Positions 37,678-49,939 of a stretch of DNA of 64,000 nt are shown one piece after another. The DNA is from Laetmonice hystrix (Eukaryota): contig OZ249436.1 in the NCBI GenBank assembly GCA_965235115.1, forward strand, positions 50,408,001-50,472,000. Reading direction: 5' to 3'. How positions within the stretch are numbered: position 1 is the stretch's first letter; every line of letters starts with the position of its first letter. The notes under the pieces were generated by a model. It saw nothing but the letters and a program-made list of their open reading frames with translations. It was not told the origin of the DNA and searched no databases. The position numbers were made by a program, and so were the translations under genes.

Positions 37678-39376
37678 CAGCTCACCCCTCTCTGAGCTCA
37701 CCGCTACCATGCAGTGTCTGTCATCGTCAGCTCGTCAACACCGTGTTATCGAGTGGGTTAACTACCATGTCTATCTCCACTTGTAAGCTCATCACTCTCT
37801 GAGCTCACCGCTACCAGTGTCTCTCATCGTCAGCTCGTCAACACCGTGTTATCGAGTGGGTTAACTACCATGTCTATCTCCACTTGTAAGCTCATCACTC
37901 TCTGAGCTCACCGCTACCAGTGTCTCTCATCGTCAGCTCGTCAACACCGTGTTATCGAGTCGGTTAACTACCATGTCTATCTCCACTTGTAAGCTCATCA
38001 CTCTCTGAGCTCACCGCTACCAGTGTCTCTCATCGTCAGCTCGTCAACACCGTGTTATGGAGTGGGTTAACTACCATGTCTATCTCCACTTGTAAGCTCA
38101 CCACTCTCTGAGCTCACCGCTACCAGTGTCTCTCATCGTCAGCTCGTCAACACCGTGTTATCGAGTGGGTTAACTACCATGTCTATCTCCACTTGTAAGC
38201 TCACCACTCTCTGAGCTCACCGCTACCAGTGTCTCTCATCGTCAGCTCGTCAACACCGTGTTATCGAGTGGGTTAACTACCATGTCTATCTCCACTTGTA
38301 AGCTCATCACTCTCTGAGCTCACCGCTACCAGTGCCTCTCATCGTCAGCTCGTCAACACCGTGTTATCGAGTCGGTTAACTACCATGTCTATCTCCACTT
38401 GTAAGCGCACCATTCTCTGAGCTCACCGCTACCAGTGTCTCTCATCGTCAGCTCGTCAACACCGTGTTATCGAGTGGGTTAACTACCACGTCTATCTCCA
38501 CTTGTAAGCTCACCACTCTCTGAGCTCACCGCTACCAGTGTCTCTCATCGTCAGCTCGTCAACACCGTGTTATCGAGTGGGTTAACTACCACGTCTATCT
38601 CCAATTGTAAGCTCACCACTCTCTGAGCTCACCGCTACCAGTTGGCATGTCTCTCATCGTCAGCTCGTCAACACCGTGTTATCGAGTGGGTTAACTACCA
38701 CGTCTATCTCCAATTGTAAGCTCACCACTCTCTGAGCTCACCGCTACCAGTTGGCATGTCTCTCATCGTCAGCTCGTCAACACCGTGTTATCGAGTGGGT
38801 TAACTACCACGTCTATCTCCACTTGTAAGCTCATCACTGTCTGAGCTCATCGCTACCAGTGTCTCTCATCGTCAGCTCGTCAACACCGTGTTATCGAGTG
38901 GGTTAACTACCACGTCTATCTCCACTTGTAAGCTCATCACTGTCTGAGCTCATCGCTACCAGTGTCTCTCATCGTCAGCTCGTCAACACCGTGTTATCGA
39001 GTGGGTTAACTACCACGTCTATCTCCACTTGTAAGCTCATCACTCTCTGAGCTCACCGCTACCAGTGTCTCTCATCGTCAGCTCGTCAACACCGTGTTAT
39101 CGAGTGGGTTAACTACCACGTCTATCTCCACTTGTAAGCTCACCACTCTCTGAGCTCACCGCTACCAGTGTCTCTCATCGTCAGCTCGTCAACACCGTGT
39201 TATCGAGTGGGTTAACTACCACGTCTATCTCCAATTGTAAGCTCACCACTCTCTGAGCTCACCGCTACCAGTGTCTGTCATCGTCAGCTCGTCAACACTG
39301 TTATCGAGTGGGTTAACTACCATGTCTATCTCCACTTGTAAGCTCACCGCTAACAGTATCTCTGATCGTCAGCTCG
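37678..39376. repeat. 103-bp tandem repeat, about 16 copies (two are 109-bp variants)
   Basis: Period measured from 37801 to 37904. Unit GAGCTCACCGCTACCAGTGTCTCTCATCGTCAGCTCGTCAACACCGTGTTATCGAGTGGGTTAACTACCA(T/C)GTCTATCTCCACTTGTAAGCTCA(T/C)CACTCTCT. Confidence 0.97.
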
Positions 39377-42300
39377 GTGGAGTATTACTGATCCGGCAGT
39401 CTCCCAATGCCAGTTGTTGCTGGAGTCATCCTTTCGAAAATTATACACTATAATTTAATATTAAAGTGTGCCTAATTTTCGTAAAGTTTTACCAAACTGT
39501 AAAGTTTCTATTTCAAGGTAGTAGGTCATGAGGTGGACCCTCTACACTCTACGACCTGGCGATTCCTTGGGGTAGACGCTGATGGCTTGAATCAGTGAGA
39601 TTATTGCGTTCTGGCGGCGTTGACATAATTTATGTAGTGATGACACGAAATGTAAACTGGCTTTGTCTGGCTGATTGTTCATTGGGCTAAAAGAAACCGT
39701 TCCACAAAATGTAATAAAACGACTTGTTTTGAATTTTCATGAAATTTTCTTGACGTAATGACTGTAAAACAGTAACGTATGAAGCGGCGTTACTTTATTT
39801 CTGTGCAGAATTAAGGAAGTTAAGGAGTAACAACGGAAGATGCCATGGCACTATCAGGAGGTTCTATCTCTCTCCTAGCCAAAACACAGTGGTAACACGT
39901 CTGTACATTTCAGAGTTTTGCCAATTGTACTGAAAAAAAAACACTCTTAAAACACGCAGGGATGAAAGTTTTCAGGAAATTTCCTGAAATCAGGAAATTT
40001 GAAAAAATCCCCCCCCCCCAAGAAATAACACCCAAAAAAGGAAATAGGCCTAGATCTATAGGCAAAAGAGGTAGGCCTAAGCCAAGGCTAAGTATTGCCC
40101 TGGACTGTGTGGTGGGCAATTAATATCAAATGAAACAATATCCCCTTCCAGGACGTTTTTTAACACCATGCAGCTCAATATATCTCTACCTGCCAAAGTT
40201 CGTTTATAGATGGGGATATTAGAGTGTCTCAAACCCGTCCAGTGTCACGGGTGCCACCGTGCATAGGCCGGTCTGCCGGGGGTGCTGGTCCCTGTAGCTG
40301 TGGTGACATCGCTCACATAGACCGGCCCGCGTGGGCTGACTTCTACCGGCACGCGGTGGCGTCTGTCCCGTCTGGCAGGCACGGCCCCGTGTCGCTGTGG
40401 TGAGAGCGACTCACCTCAGGTAATGACTTCAGGCAAAATTGATGGTCAGGCAGCTGCGAAGCCCGTTGATTCAGGCTTGCCATTATGCCATATCCATGCG
40501 CGAGTTTTGCCTGAGCGCTCACTTAGTGATAGCAACGAGACTATAGACAGACCGGTCTGTCTAGTCCCGGCGATAGTGATTAGGCTGACGAACTACGCAC
40601 CATCACAATGTCACTCCTCACAGGAAACTGGGTCAATTTAGTTCTATGAATCTGCCTAGTATATATGTCAGTAAGTTCTCATAATGTGTTCTTGCATATA
40701 AATTTGAGGATAGTGGCATTACGTAAGTGGTTTTCACTGAAGTTTTGGGGTTGTCAGGACTTTTCATTACATTTGTCGATCAGTGCAGGTGTCCTGATAA
40801 GACCGGAAGTGACAATTTTCACAACAACATGAGTGGCACATGGACACACGGGCTGAACCACTCGACTCAGCGAAGCCTGTGTTGCTTGGCTGAGAGCCGC
40901 TGAGGGTCGTGACTGCTGAGGGTCAAGACTGATGGACAGCCTGTGTGGTCAGTCTAACACATGGAAGCTGTTTGACAACGTAATCGGTTGCATTTTGGAC
41001 GCTAAAAGCCGACTGGATTCCAATGTTGGAGAGAGACGGCAGAGCCAGGCAGAGGTTGACACTGACTGTGACTGAGTGACAGGCAAGCAACAGCCTTGAA
41101 CAGGGGCATGGACTGATGAGTGATGGAGTCTATCCAGCAAATTTGCAGGGGTGGGGGGTTGAGGGGTGAGGGGGTGGGGGGGTGGTGGGGGGGGGGGTGG
41201 CGACTAAATACTGAGGGCTAGGCCCTATAATATATAATAGCTAGGAGGCCTTATCGGATCATGATTGTCTGCTGTTCCTAGCCTGACTTTTTTTAAGGGG
41301 GGGGGGGGGGTAAGCCTTGGATGTGCGCATGAACAAATATTAATTATGGACATTGGCCCCCGCCGCTCCCCCCCCCCCCCCGGTCAGAATTTCAGGAAAT
41401 TTTACAGCTGGCCACTTTCATCCCTGAACACGGGTGCAACGCTACTCCCAGCAGTTGTCACACGGATCTCCGACCGGGACGCACCAAATGATTTGTGACT
41501 TTCTATGGTGAGAACGTATTGTAGGCAGTGGATCAGACCTCACACGTGTAGAATGGAGCTTCCTCACTGCTGAAGTCTGCAATCACTAAAACGTCACAAG
41601 GAAGCCTTAAAGTTAGGACCGGCCAGCCATCAGGAACGAGCTGCCTTCCTGCTGGCTTCCACAAATAGAACTGCTCCAGGTGCTGCTATATCCTGGAGAT
41701 CTCTTCGTCCCGCGTATCAGAGGCAACGGCAGCCAGGCCGGCTCGCCATCAACATGTAGCAGCAGCAGCAGCAGCGGTCGGGATTTTCAAACGGTTGTTA
41801 TGAACCATCCTTGAATACCTGTCGTGATGAAAACAAGCACGTGGGACAGCACGCCGCCAGGCTGGCTTTACGTAAATGTTAAACTCTGCATAATACCCAG
41901 CTCTACGTGCGAACCCCTATCATACACAACACGTAACTATACACGACAGCTGCTGCACAAATTTGTAGGTATCGCCATGTGTGAATCCGCACATCATGTA
42001 CGTGCTGTGACGTGGAATGGTATACATGGAACCCATGGTTGGAAATGCTGATGTGTATAGGACGAAATCTACGGAAGAGTTGAGGATGCCACGTAGCAGG
42101 ATTCTATGCCAGGTAGGCCAAAGGAAGCTCCAGAATCAATGCTCTTCCTGCTCTCCTTACTCCGCCTGGCTTTTAATTATTTAAACACATTATATCACGA
42201 TCCGTATTTCACATCACATAATGTCTGGGATTTAAGGAAGCTCGAGAGACGTTGCCAAAAATAGACTGGCTGGATCACACCTTGCAGGGATTCCTGACAG

Positions 42301-43069
42301 TCATTGATGTGATGACATCAAAAACGTAACCCTTGTTTTAACTCTTGTGTATCAATATATTATAAGTATAAGTTTGTGTATTGGCGCATAGGTCTTTGCA
42401 GTTAAAATTTTGCAGGAGGTGTATTAGAGTTAAATGACAGTAAATTAATAAATTCAGTTAATTTTCACTAAAAGTGGCAGGTAGGTGCCATTGAGGACAC
42501 GGGCTACCTAGTCCCAACGTTGTTTGCTTCCACCCTGAAGCGGCACGACTGTTCTACTGTTTTGCACGTTTGGAGTAACGTATGACCAGCGGGCCAATTT
42601 TGTAAGATGCCAGGCGTGAAAGCTTATCTCTATTAGCATGGAAACATCTCTTGTCGTGCTGGGACTGCAGGCAATTGTTGCCGGCGACACTGGGAGCTAA
42701 TTGCGCACACCTTAGGAAATGTCGGTCATGGCAGCAGTGGAGGTCACCGCCTGTCTGCTGCCTGGCCGTATTTCTGACTATATTCAGTTTCTCTTTGCAG
42801 TTGTAGCAATGGCATGTTTGATACGTTTAGCTTTACTGCTGCTGATGTCTTAAGATTGCGATAGGCCTGTGGGACCTGTGGGATTGCTTAAAGAAATATC
42901 ACACACATCCACCATAATGTCATGTTGGAAAGTACTTCTTTAGGAACCCAGTGACAACCATCATTTAACGGCAAGCCATGTCCTTAATATACTAAATAAT
43001 GTAATAAGCTTCGTGAGGAAGCCAATCTGCATTCTCAGATCCTGTGCCAATTATTGGCTTGTTATTCCA

Positions 43070-43407
43070 TGTCCATATCACACTCTGGCCAGCTGCTGTG
43101 ACCATACGACCATGGATGGTGTCCATATCAGTTCTCCACTCTGGCCAGCTGGTGTCCATATCAGTTTTCCACTCTGGCCAGCTGCTGTGACCATAGGACC
43201 ATGGTGTCCATATCAGTTCTCCACTCTGGCCAGCTGCTGTGACCATACGAGCATGGTGTCCATATCAGTTTTCCACTCTGGCCAGCTGCTGTGACCATAC
43301 GACCATGGTGACCATATCAGTTCTCCACTCTGGCCAGCTGCTGTGACCATACGACCATGGTGACCATATCAGTTCTCCACTCTGGCCAGCTGCTGTGACC
43401 ATACGAC
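43070..43407. repeat. 52-bp minisatellite, about 6.5 copies
   Basis: Unit GTCCATATCAGTTCTCCACTCTGGCCAGCTGCTGTGACCATACGACCATGGT, with one shortened copy. Confidence 0.95.
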
Positions 43408-43546
43408 TGCTGGAGATGATTTATCTAGATTATGTTACCGTGACATTTATCACCCCCTAAAATATTTAGTACTCGGCATCTCGTCTGCTGATACATTATC
43501 CAAATATAGGCTGGGCTTAAATGCATGGCAGCATAACCTTCCTTTA

Positions 43547-44454
43547 TACCCTAGTCACACTAGAGGCGGAATGAGCCAGAATGCTGTCGGAATGAAAATT
43601 CTTGGTATATTCCTGGATATTCGAAGTGCATTCTAAAAGTTCTGACTGCATTCTGAGTGCATTCCAAATATTCGGGTCCATTCTTGTGGCCGGCCCGAAT
43701 GTTTTGCTCATGCTCAAAACTTTCGAGGTGCATTCGAAGGGGAAAAATATCGAACGGCATTCGAAGTGTATTCTAAATGCACTCTGACTGCATTCTAAAT
43801 AATCTTACGGCATTCCAACAGCATTCGAAACATTCTGATCGCATTCGAGGGAGAATCGAAACGGCAAGCCACTTCAAATCCTGCCAGAATGTTCCGAATG
43901 CGCCTCGAATGAGCCGGAATGCACCTCGAATGCATCTCGATTGCTGCCGGAATCTATACTCGAACATATTCTAAGTACATTCGAAGTGCATTCTAAGTGT
44001 TCGAGCTGCATTCTGTTTGAATTTTTGGACGTTCGAACCATATTCGGCGGCCATTCCGGGAGCGTTCTGACGGCATTTGAGGTGAATTCGTACAGCATTC
44101 GAGGCACCTTCCAACCAGACATCGGACGGTATTTGGGCAGCAATCGAACCGCACTCGTATGGCATTCGAGGTGCATTCTAAATATTCTGACTGCATTCTA
44201 ACAATATTCTAAATATTCCTACTGTGTTCCAACTACATTCGAGCTGCATTCGAGCTAATACACCCGGAATGTACAAGAATCATTCGAGGCGGGTTCGAAG
44301 GGCATTCTAAGCATTCGAACACCATTCTTACAAAGCTGTAAGAATTTTGGTCAATTTGAAATTACCTCCCGAATGTGGCGCGAATTTTGAGAATTCTTCA
44401 TTCCGGCTGGTTCTGCTTGATTCCTGCTGATTCCGAATAAGTGTGACGGGGGTA
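43547..44454. mobile_element. Non-autonomous TIR element of about 910 bp built from CATTC/GAATG motifs
   Basis: TA|TACCCTAGTCACACT ... AGTGTGACGGGGGTA|TA TIRs with 2 mismatches. The interior has dozens of (G)CATTC(G/T) and GAATG motifs. Confidence 0.85.
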
Positions 44455-46079
44455 TAAATGTTGAACTAATAGGCTCCAACATACCATACCTCGGATAATA
44501 AGGAATCATACAGCCGAGAGCAAAATCAACAACGTGAAGCGAAAAGAGAGGTTAAATGAACGATTAGCCCTGTTTAAATGTCAAATCAGACTCGCTCGGT
44601 CAACATACTGAGGAGCCAGTGTAAATGGGCGAAGGACTATAATGGTCAATACATAAGCCCTGAAGCCTGACTGCCAAAGCAGCGAATACACATCTAATTT
44701 CTTTTTGTACAGATTTTTGCACATCTAATTTCTTTTTGTACGGTTTTTTCTCACCCTGTACATTATATACTGTACCGGGTGAGAAAAAAACCCGCTCTTT
44801 TTCACTTCGTATTTTTCCCTCTAAAAATATAAAAAAGTGATTCTGTATTTGGCTAGAGAGAGCTTTATTGGCTGTCCTTACCACAAGATTGGGACCCAAA
44901 GTCCCTAAAACACAGTGTTTGTCATGGGATATTTCAATACACGTGTATCAGGATGTTACGTGATACGTCAGAAACAGCAGTCTACGCGCTCAACAACCAT
45001 ATCAAGATGATCACATAGCTAAATGCACTTTTTTATATTTTGGGGGGAACAATAAGAAGTAACAAAGAGCGGGTTTTTACTCTGCAATATTGTAGTTTTA
45101 TTCCTTATTAATCATGTGGTACCTTGTTACACTATTGATTGGAGTATTTTTCTTTGTCTTGTAGCTAATCACGCGCCCGTTTATTATAGTGATTACAGTT
45201 TCTATTTTCATCGTGTAATTTGATGACTCGTTGCGTCTAGCTCAATACGCTTGGTCATTTTTTATTTCGTGACGCCCTTATTTCTAGCCCATATGAAACA
45301 TACAACGAAATAAATCAATCGTGTCATGGTGTACGGAGCCAACGGAATTTGTTGAGAGACTCTGCTGGACCACTGAGTGTCCTGAGACAAGGGGTTGAGT
45401 GTAGCTGAGGGCAGCATGCCCTGTGCACCCTCCCCGTGCTCATTGCCCCCAGTAACCGCTTCACCCAGCACCAAATGCCACTTCTCCTGGGGAAGAGGTC
45501 ATGATTCATTATAACTCGGTCAATGTAGGAACGGTATGGTCAGTTCTGAATTATTAATCACTGTCAACCTTTAGTCTGCAACATGACGTATTAACCTAGC
45601 CGATGTGTATGGGTGCTGGCGTAGTTCTTGTTATTTGGGCAGGTTTGATCGAATCTATACAAAGGATTAATGTTCACTTTAGTACAGGGCACCAATAGTG
45701 TGCAAGACCCTGATATGGAACCTCTGGTTTAGCAATAATGGACAGTTTGTATTCTATGCGGGCCTGATTTGATCTTAATGGTCGCTAGGCTAAGTGCATC
45801 CTCTCATTCATCAGCGTAACGGTAGACCGCTGTGCACTTCGGCTACAGGTAGACCAGTGCTGGATTCTGATGGTGACCTGGGTTTGATGTTGTCTGAACA
45901 CGTCGCTGGCCGGTTTCACCACCTGTAGTGTTAAGTAGAACCGGAACTCCATCCACAGATTGTTCCGAACCGACTCAGTCGACGTCACCTGCATACAGTC
46001 ACTTCTCACCAAACCCCACTCCACCACAGCTTAGTTATCCGGTCTTATTTAATAACACACATCTCATATCCCCCTGTGA

Positions 46080-46339
46080 CAGTGGCGTACCCAGAAACTG
46101 GACCCAGGGGGGGTGCTGGAAATAACCAACGTCGTAGGCGCTGCAAATTGGCAACAAGCGCACCAAAAACAAACCAAAAAGAAAATTGGTAAAATTAAGG
46201 GGGGTGCTTGAGCGTATAACCAACGTCGTAGTCTTATTTTTACGGCTTTTACGAGGCAACAAGCGCACAAAAAAATTGGCAAATTGAGGGGAGTGCTTGA
46301 GCACCCCAAGCACCCCCCCCCCCGCGGGTACTACTGCTG
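46080..46339. mobile_element. MITE with CAGTGGCGTACCC-type ends and an internal duplication of about 95 bp
   Basis: CAGTGGCGTACCC at 46080 and GGGTACTACTGCTG at the right end. TAACCAACGTCGTAG, GGCAACAAGCGCAC and GTGCTTGAGC each occur twice. Confidence 0.65.
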
Positions 46340-46956
46340 TCAGCTGTTTTTATTGACGACATTCTTTAGTTGGATACAGAAAGAGGTAGGCTTGCATGAC
46401 TCAGGAATTTCTAATGAACTATGATCATTCAGGGGAGGATCCAGGACTTTGGCAAGGGGGGGGGGGGGTTAGGAGAAGAATTTGTCAGCATGGTCAATTC
46501 AGAAAGTTCTAAAAAAGTTGATTGCCAAGGGGGTTAAACCCCTAACCCCCTCCCCGATCTACCACTATCGTAATTGTGGTATTGAGGGCATATCGTGACA
46601 GATTCATATTGGGGGGGGGGGGGTCTGTCGTATGTACATGTACAGGTACAACCACCCAGAGAAGGAAGACATCGTATACAAAACATGAAGGTTAAAATAC
46701 ATGTTGTAGACCAATCGCAAAGGTAGCTATCGATTGGCCTCCTGTCAGGGATGATCTGTAGAGAATTTATAAATACTGGTCTGGTAAAAAACAGGTTCCT
46801 CCGATCCGCTGTTTGAGAGAAGACGGTCCTGTGACGTCATAATAGGCTTAAAAGTCTATACCTACATGAGGTGAAATACATAGCAAAGACCGACCAATGA
46901 TCATTGGAGGGTCTTTGCGGTAACATGTATGTGGGATGTGCGCTCGGATCTGCTGT

Positions 46957-47486
46957 CAGTGGTCCCCACAGCAAACATGCATCTGCACTCATTAATTACT
47001 ATTAGGGACGGAGTAACTTTCTCAGTGGTCCCCACAGGAAACATGCATCTGGACTCATTAATTACTATTAGGGACGGAGTAACTTTCTGAGTGGTCCCCA
47101 CAGGAAACATACATCTGGACTCATTAATTACTATTAGGGACGGAGTAACTTTCTGAGTGGTCCCCACAGCAAACATGCATCTGGACTCATTAATTACTAT
47201 TAGGGACGGAGTAACGTTCTCAGTGGTCCCCACAGGAAACATACATCTGCACTCATTAATTACTATTAGGGACGGAGTAACGTTCTCAGTGGTCCCCACA
47301 GGAAACATACATCTGCACTCATTAATTACTATTAGGGACGGAGTAACTTTCTCAGTGGTCCCCACAGGAAACATACATCTGGACTCATTATTTACTATAA
47401 GGGACGGAGTAACTTTCTCAGTGGTCCCCACAGGAAACATGCATCTGGACTCATTAATTACTAATAGGGACGGAGTAACTCTCTGA
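46957..47486. repeat. 66-bp minisatellite, 8 copies
   Basis: Unit CAGTGGTCCCCACAGGAAACATGCATCTGGACTCATTAATTACTATTAGGGACGGAGTAACTTTCT. Confidence 0.97.
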
Positions 47487-47906
47487 GGAGGCCTGCCACT
47501 CGCCAATCAACAGATCAGACTCCCGGGTAACCTGGTTAAGTATGAGAGCGGCCATATGGTCAAGGCCCAGTTTTTAAAACCTATAGTTCTACCTTAAATC
47601 TATACCATAACGCTTCTGATTGGCTGGTCTAAGCAGCTTTCTAGCTTATTCCAGTTTATTCCTTGCTTCAGGATTGGGTGTTTTGCTCGGGTACTCCTTT
47701 CCTCATTGAAACGCGAAACCTCGCCCCTCTGACCGTTTGAATGGTTCCTCGGTAACACGAGGGTTTTCTTACAAAACCCAAGCTTTCATGGAGGGTATTT
47801 TATATCCTAGATGAATTAGGATTCACTCGTCCAGGTGATATAAACGGAGGGGAAAGAGCCGTTTAGCTACTCTTCAGGATCGGTATAGATATAGACCGGA
47901 ACTTTA

Positions 47907-48169
47907 AAGGGGCATGCTATGGAACACGTTTTGGATGATTTCCGGCAATTGTCCAACATGACCGTGTACTAGGGATAAAAGTAAATAATCCTACCACAGC
48001 ATTTTGTCCTCCGACCACAAGTAGGTTATACGACCAAACGTATAGATTTCTCCCAAAAGCACTTCTCTCGCCATAATTTGGTAGATAACCTCCCATAAAC
48101 CCGTGTAATTGCATACTGCGTCACATCCTGTGTGTGCACTCTCTGCATGTGCTTAGTCACTTGCTTCGC
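47907..48169. mobile_element. Truncated inverted copy of the 24599-25130 Kolobok-like MITE
   Basis: Starts TTAA|AGGGGCATGCTATG and aligns closely with the reverse complement of about 24845-25130, for example CCAACATGACCGTGTACTAGGGAT and GTAAATAATCCTACCACAGCATTTTGTCCTCCGAC. Confidence 0.9.
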
Positions 48170-48326
48170 AAATGGTAGGATATATTGAAGATGTAGACCT
48201 TTGTGTATCCGTCTCTAGAATAATTAGTGTTCCCTAAGGGTAGACACGAGAGGTTTATATCAACTAAGAAAGGTTCCTCCGTCTTATACACCGAGAATCG
48301 ATTTGGATTTTAATGGATTAGTTTTG

Positions 48327-48528
48327 AATGGTCGGCGTCTTGCCCCACAATGGTCGGTGTCTTGCCCCGCAATGGTCGGCGTCTTGCCCCGCAATGGTCG
48401 GTGTCTTGCCCCGCAATGGTCGGCGTCTTGCCCCGCAATGGTCGGCGTCTTGCCCCGCAATAGTCGGCGTCTTGCCCCACAATGGTCGGCGTCTTGCCCC
48501 GCAATGGTCCACAATGGTCGGCGCCTCG
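48327..48528. repeat. 22-bp minisatellite, about 9 copies
   Basis: Unit AATGGTCGGCGTCTTGCCCCGC. Confidence 0.95.
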
Positions 48529-49471
48529 CCCAAAGTCTATGAGGGGTTAATTACCCCACCTGATGTAAGGTCAAAGCAAAGAACTGGTAATCTCAGAAGC
48601 AACGTTTCACGTTATCGCCCGCCTGCCTAGACTAGAAGGCCCAGCCTCCCACTACGCCTTCAAGCTGTGTGTCCGGAGTTCTGACGAGGCCTGTTATATA
48701 GCCACAGAATCTGTGATATAGCCTAGCTGGAAACGACACATCTGTTCAGGTCGTGTCGACGCTCCCTGTCCAGGCCACCATTTGTCGACTGGAAAAGTAT
48801 ACCCAGGATGAAAGATAAACCTGCCGGGTGGTCGTCTTGCTGCAGGCAGGAGTGCCGGTTCAGAAAATGATATCGTAAGAAATCATCGTAAGAACTCGTG
48901 AGATCGCCACAAATCATGCCGTGCTACTTCAACCACCCTCATGGGGTCTTCTGTCCTCAAATCATCCTCCCACGCTCGGGGTTGAACCGCTTCCAGTGAT
49001 TCCCCCCTCACGACCCCATGCCTATTCTCGTGGGCAAGTGTTTCGCAGCGTCACCTATAGATCCGTGCGTTTAGTGACGGGTGACGACCAATCAGATTAC
49101 AGTACTGTCTGAGGCGCGATTCATAAAAAATAGCCTGCACCGTATATCAAGTCAGAGTCCTACAAACTGTAGGCCTATTGTCAGGGAGGGACATATTTGT
49201 GTATCAGCGAACTGGGCAAGGAAAAGCATACCGGTATATGCTATGGCAATGGCGCATTTGCGCGAGAAAGCCTACGCCACGGGGAAGACCGTTTAGTGTT
49301 ACTGGCGAGTCTATGACGCCGATGCCAGGTCCTATTAATATTCATGAGGTTGGCTTCAAGGTCAACCTCCCACGGTTTAGCCTGGGCCGAGCTCAAGGGG
49401 TAGAGTGCAGAATGCGCCATGCCCCTTGACAACTCAAGATGTCCTCAAATAGTCATTTGCAAACAATTTAA

Positions 49472-49939
49472 AGGAAATATGTCACGGGGGGTATCGACCG
49501 AAAGCTTCAGTTTTCTGCTTACCTGCTCACCACTGACGTACTTTATGGCACTGATTATTTTTCATATTGATTCTGTTAACACATACTGCGAGTAGACAGC
49601 TGTGAAATTCTCCCTAATGTAGAAAAATGAATGAAACTAGCTGCAGTGTCCGCAAAGTGCGATGAATCCGCCATTTTGGCCCCCTTTGGCTGCCGCGAAT
49701 CGTTTGAACGGGTCCCATGATCACGTGACTCTCGCTGTGATTACGCGAGATGTAAAAACACGCGCTATAATGGCCCATCCGCCGATCGTGTGAAAAGGGT
49801 GCAAAACACAGCCGGCTGCAAATCCCGGGGTCTCGGAATTTAGGTGTGTCATTTTCAGTGGCCGCATTAAGAATTGGCGATTGCAGACATAATTTTGCTG
49901 AAACACGACCTATTATTTGAAATTCGTGACATATTACCT
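49472..49939. mobile_element. Kolobok-like MITE, 468 bp, with a TTAA TSD
   Basis: TTAA|AGGAAATATGTCACG ... CGTGACATATTACCT|TTAA, a 14/15 TIR match. The interior has GCCATTTTG and TCACGTGA motifs. Confidence 0.88.

Noticed and set aside
36336..39376. Regularly spaced repeats considered as CRISPR arrays
   Set aside because: The units are head-to-tail with no unique spacers, there are no cas genes, and the context is eukaryotic.
46901..47506. 201-aa ORF with a 22-aa Cys-containing repeat
   Set aside because: It is a translation of the 66-bp minisatellite and is also open on the other strand.
48666..48745. CTGACGAG...GAAAC flanked by TGTGTC/GACACA, considered as a hammerhead ribozyme
   Set aside because: Stem I cannot form and the stem III register does not fit the core.
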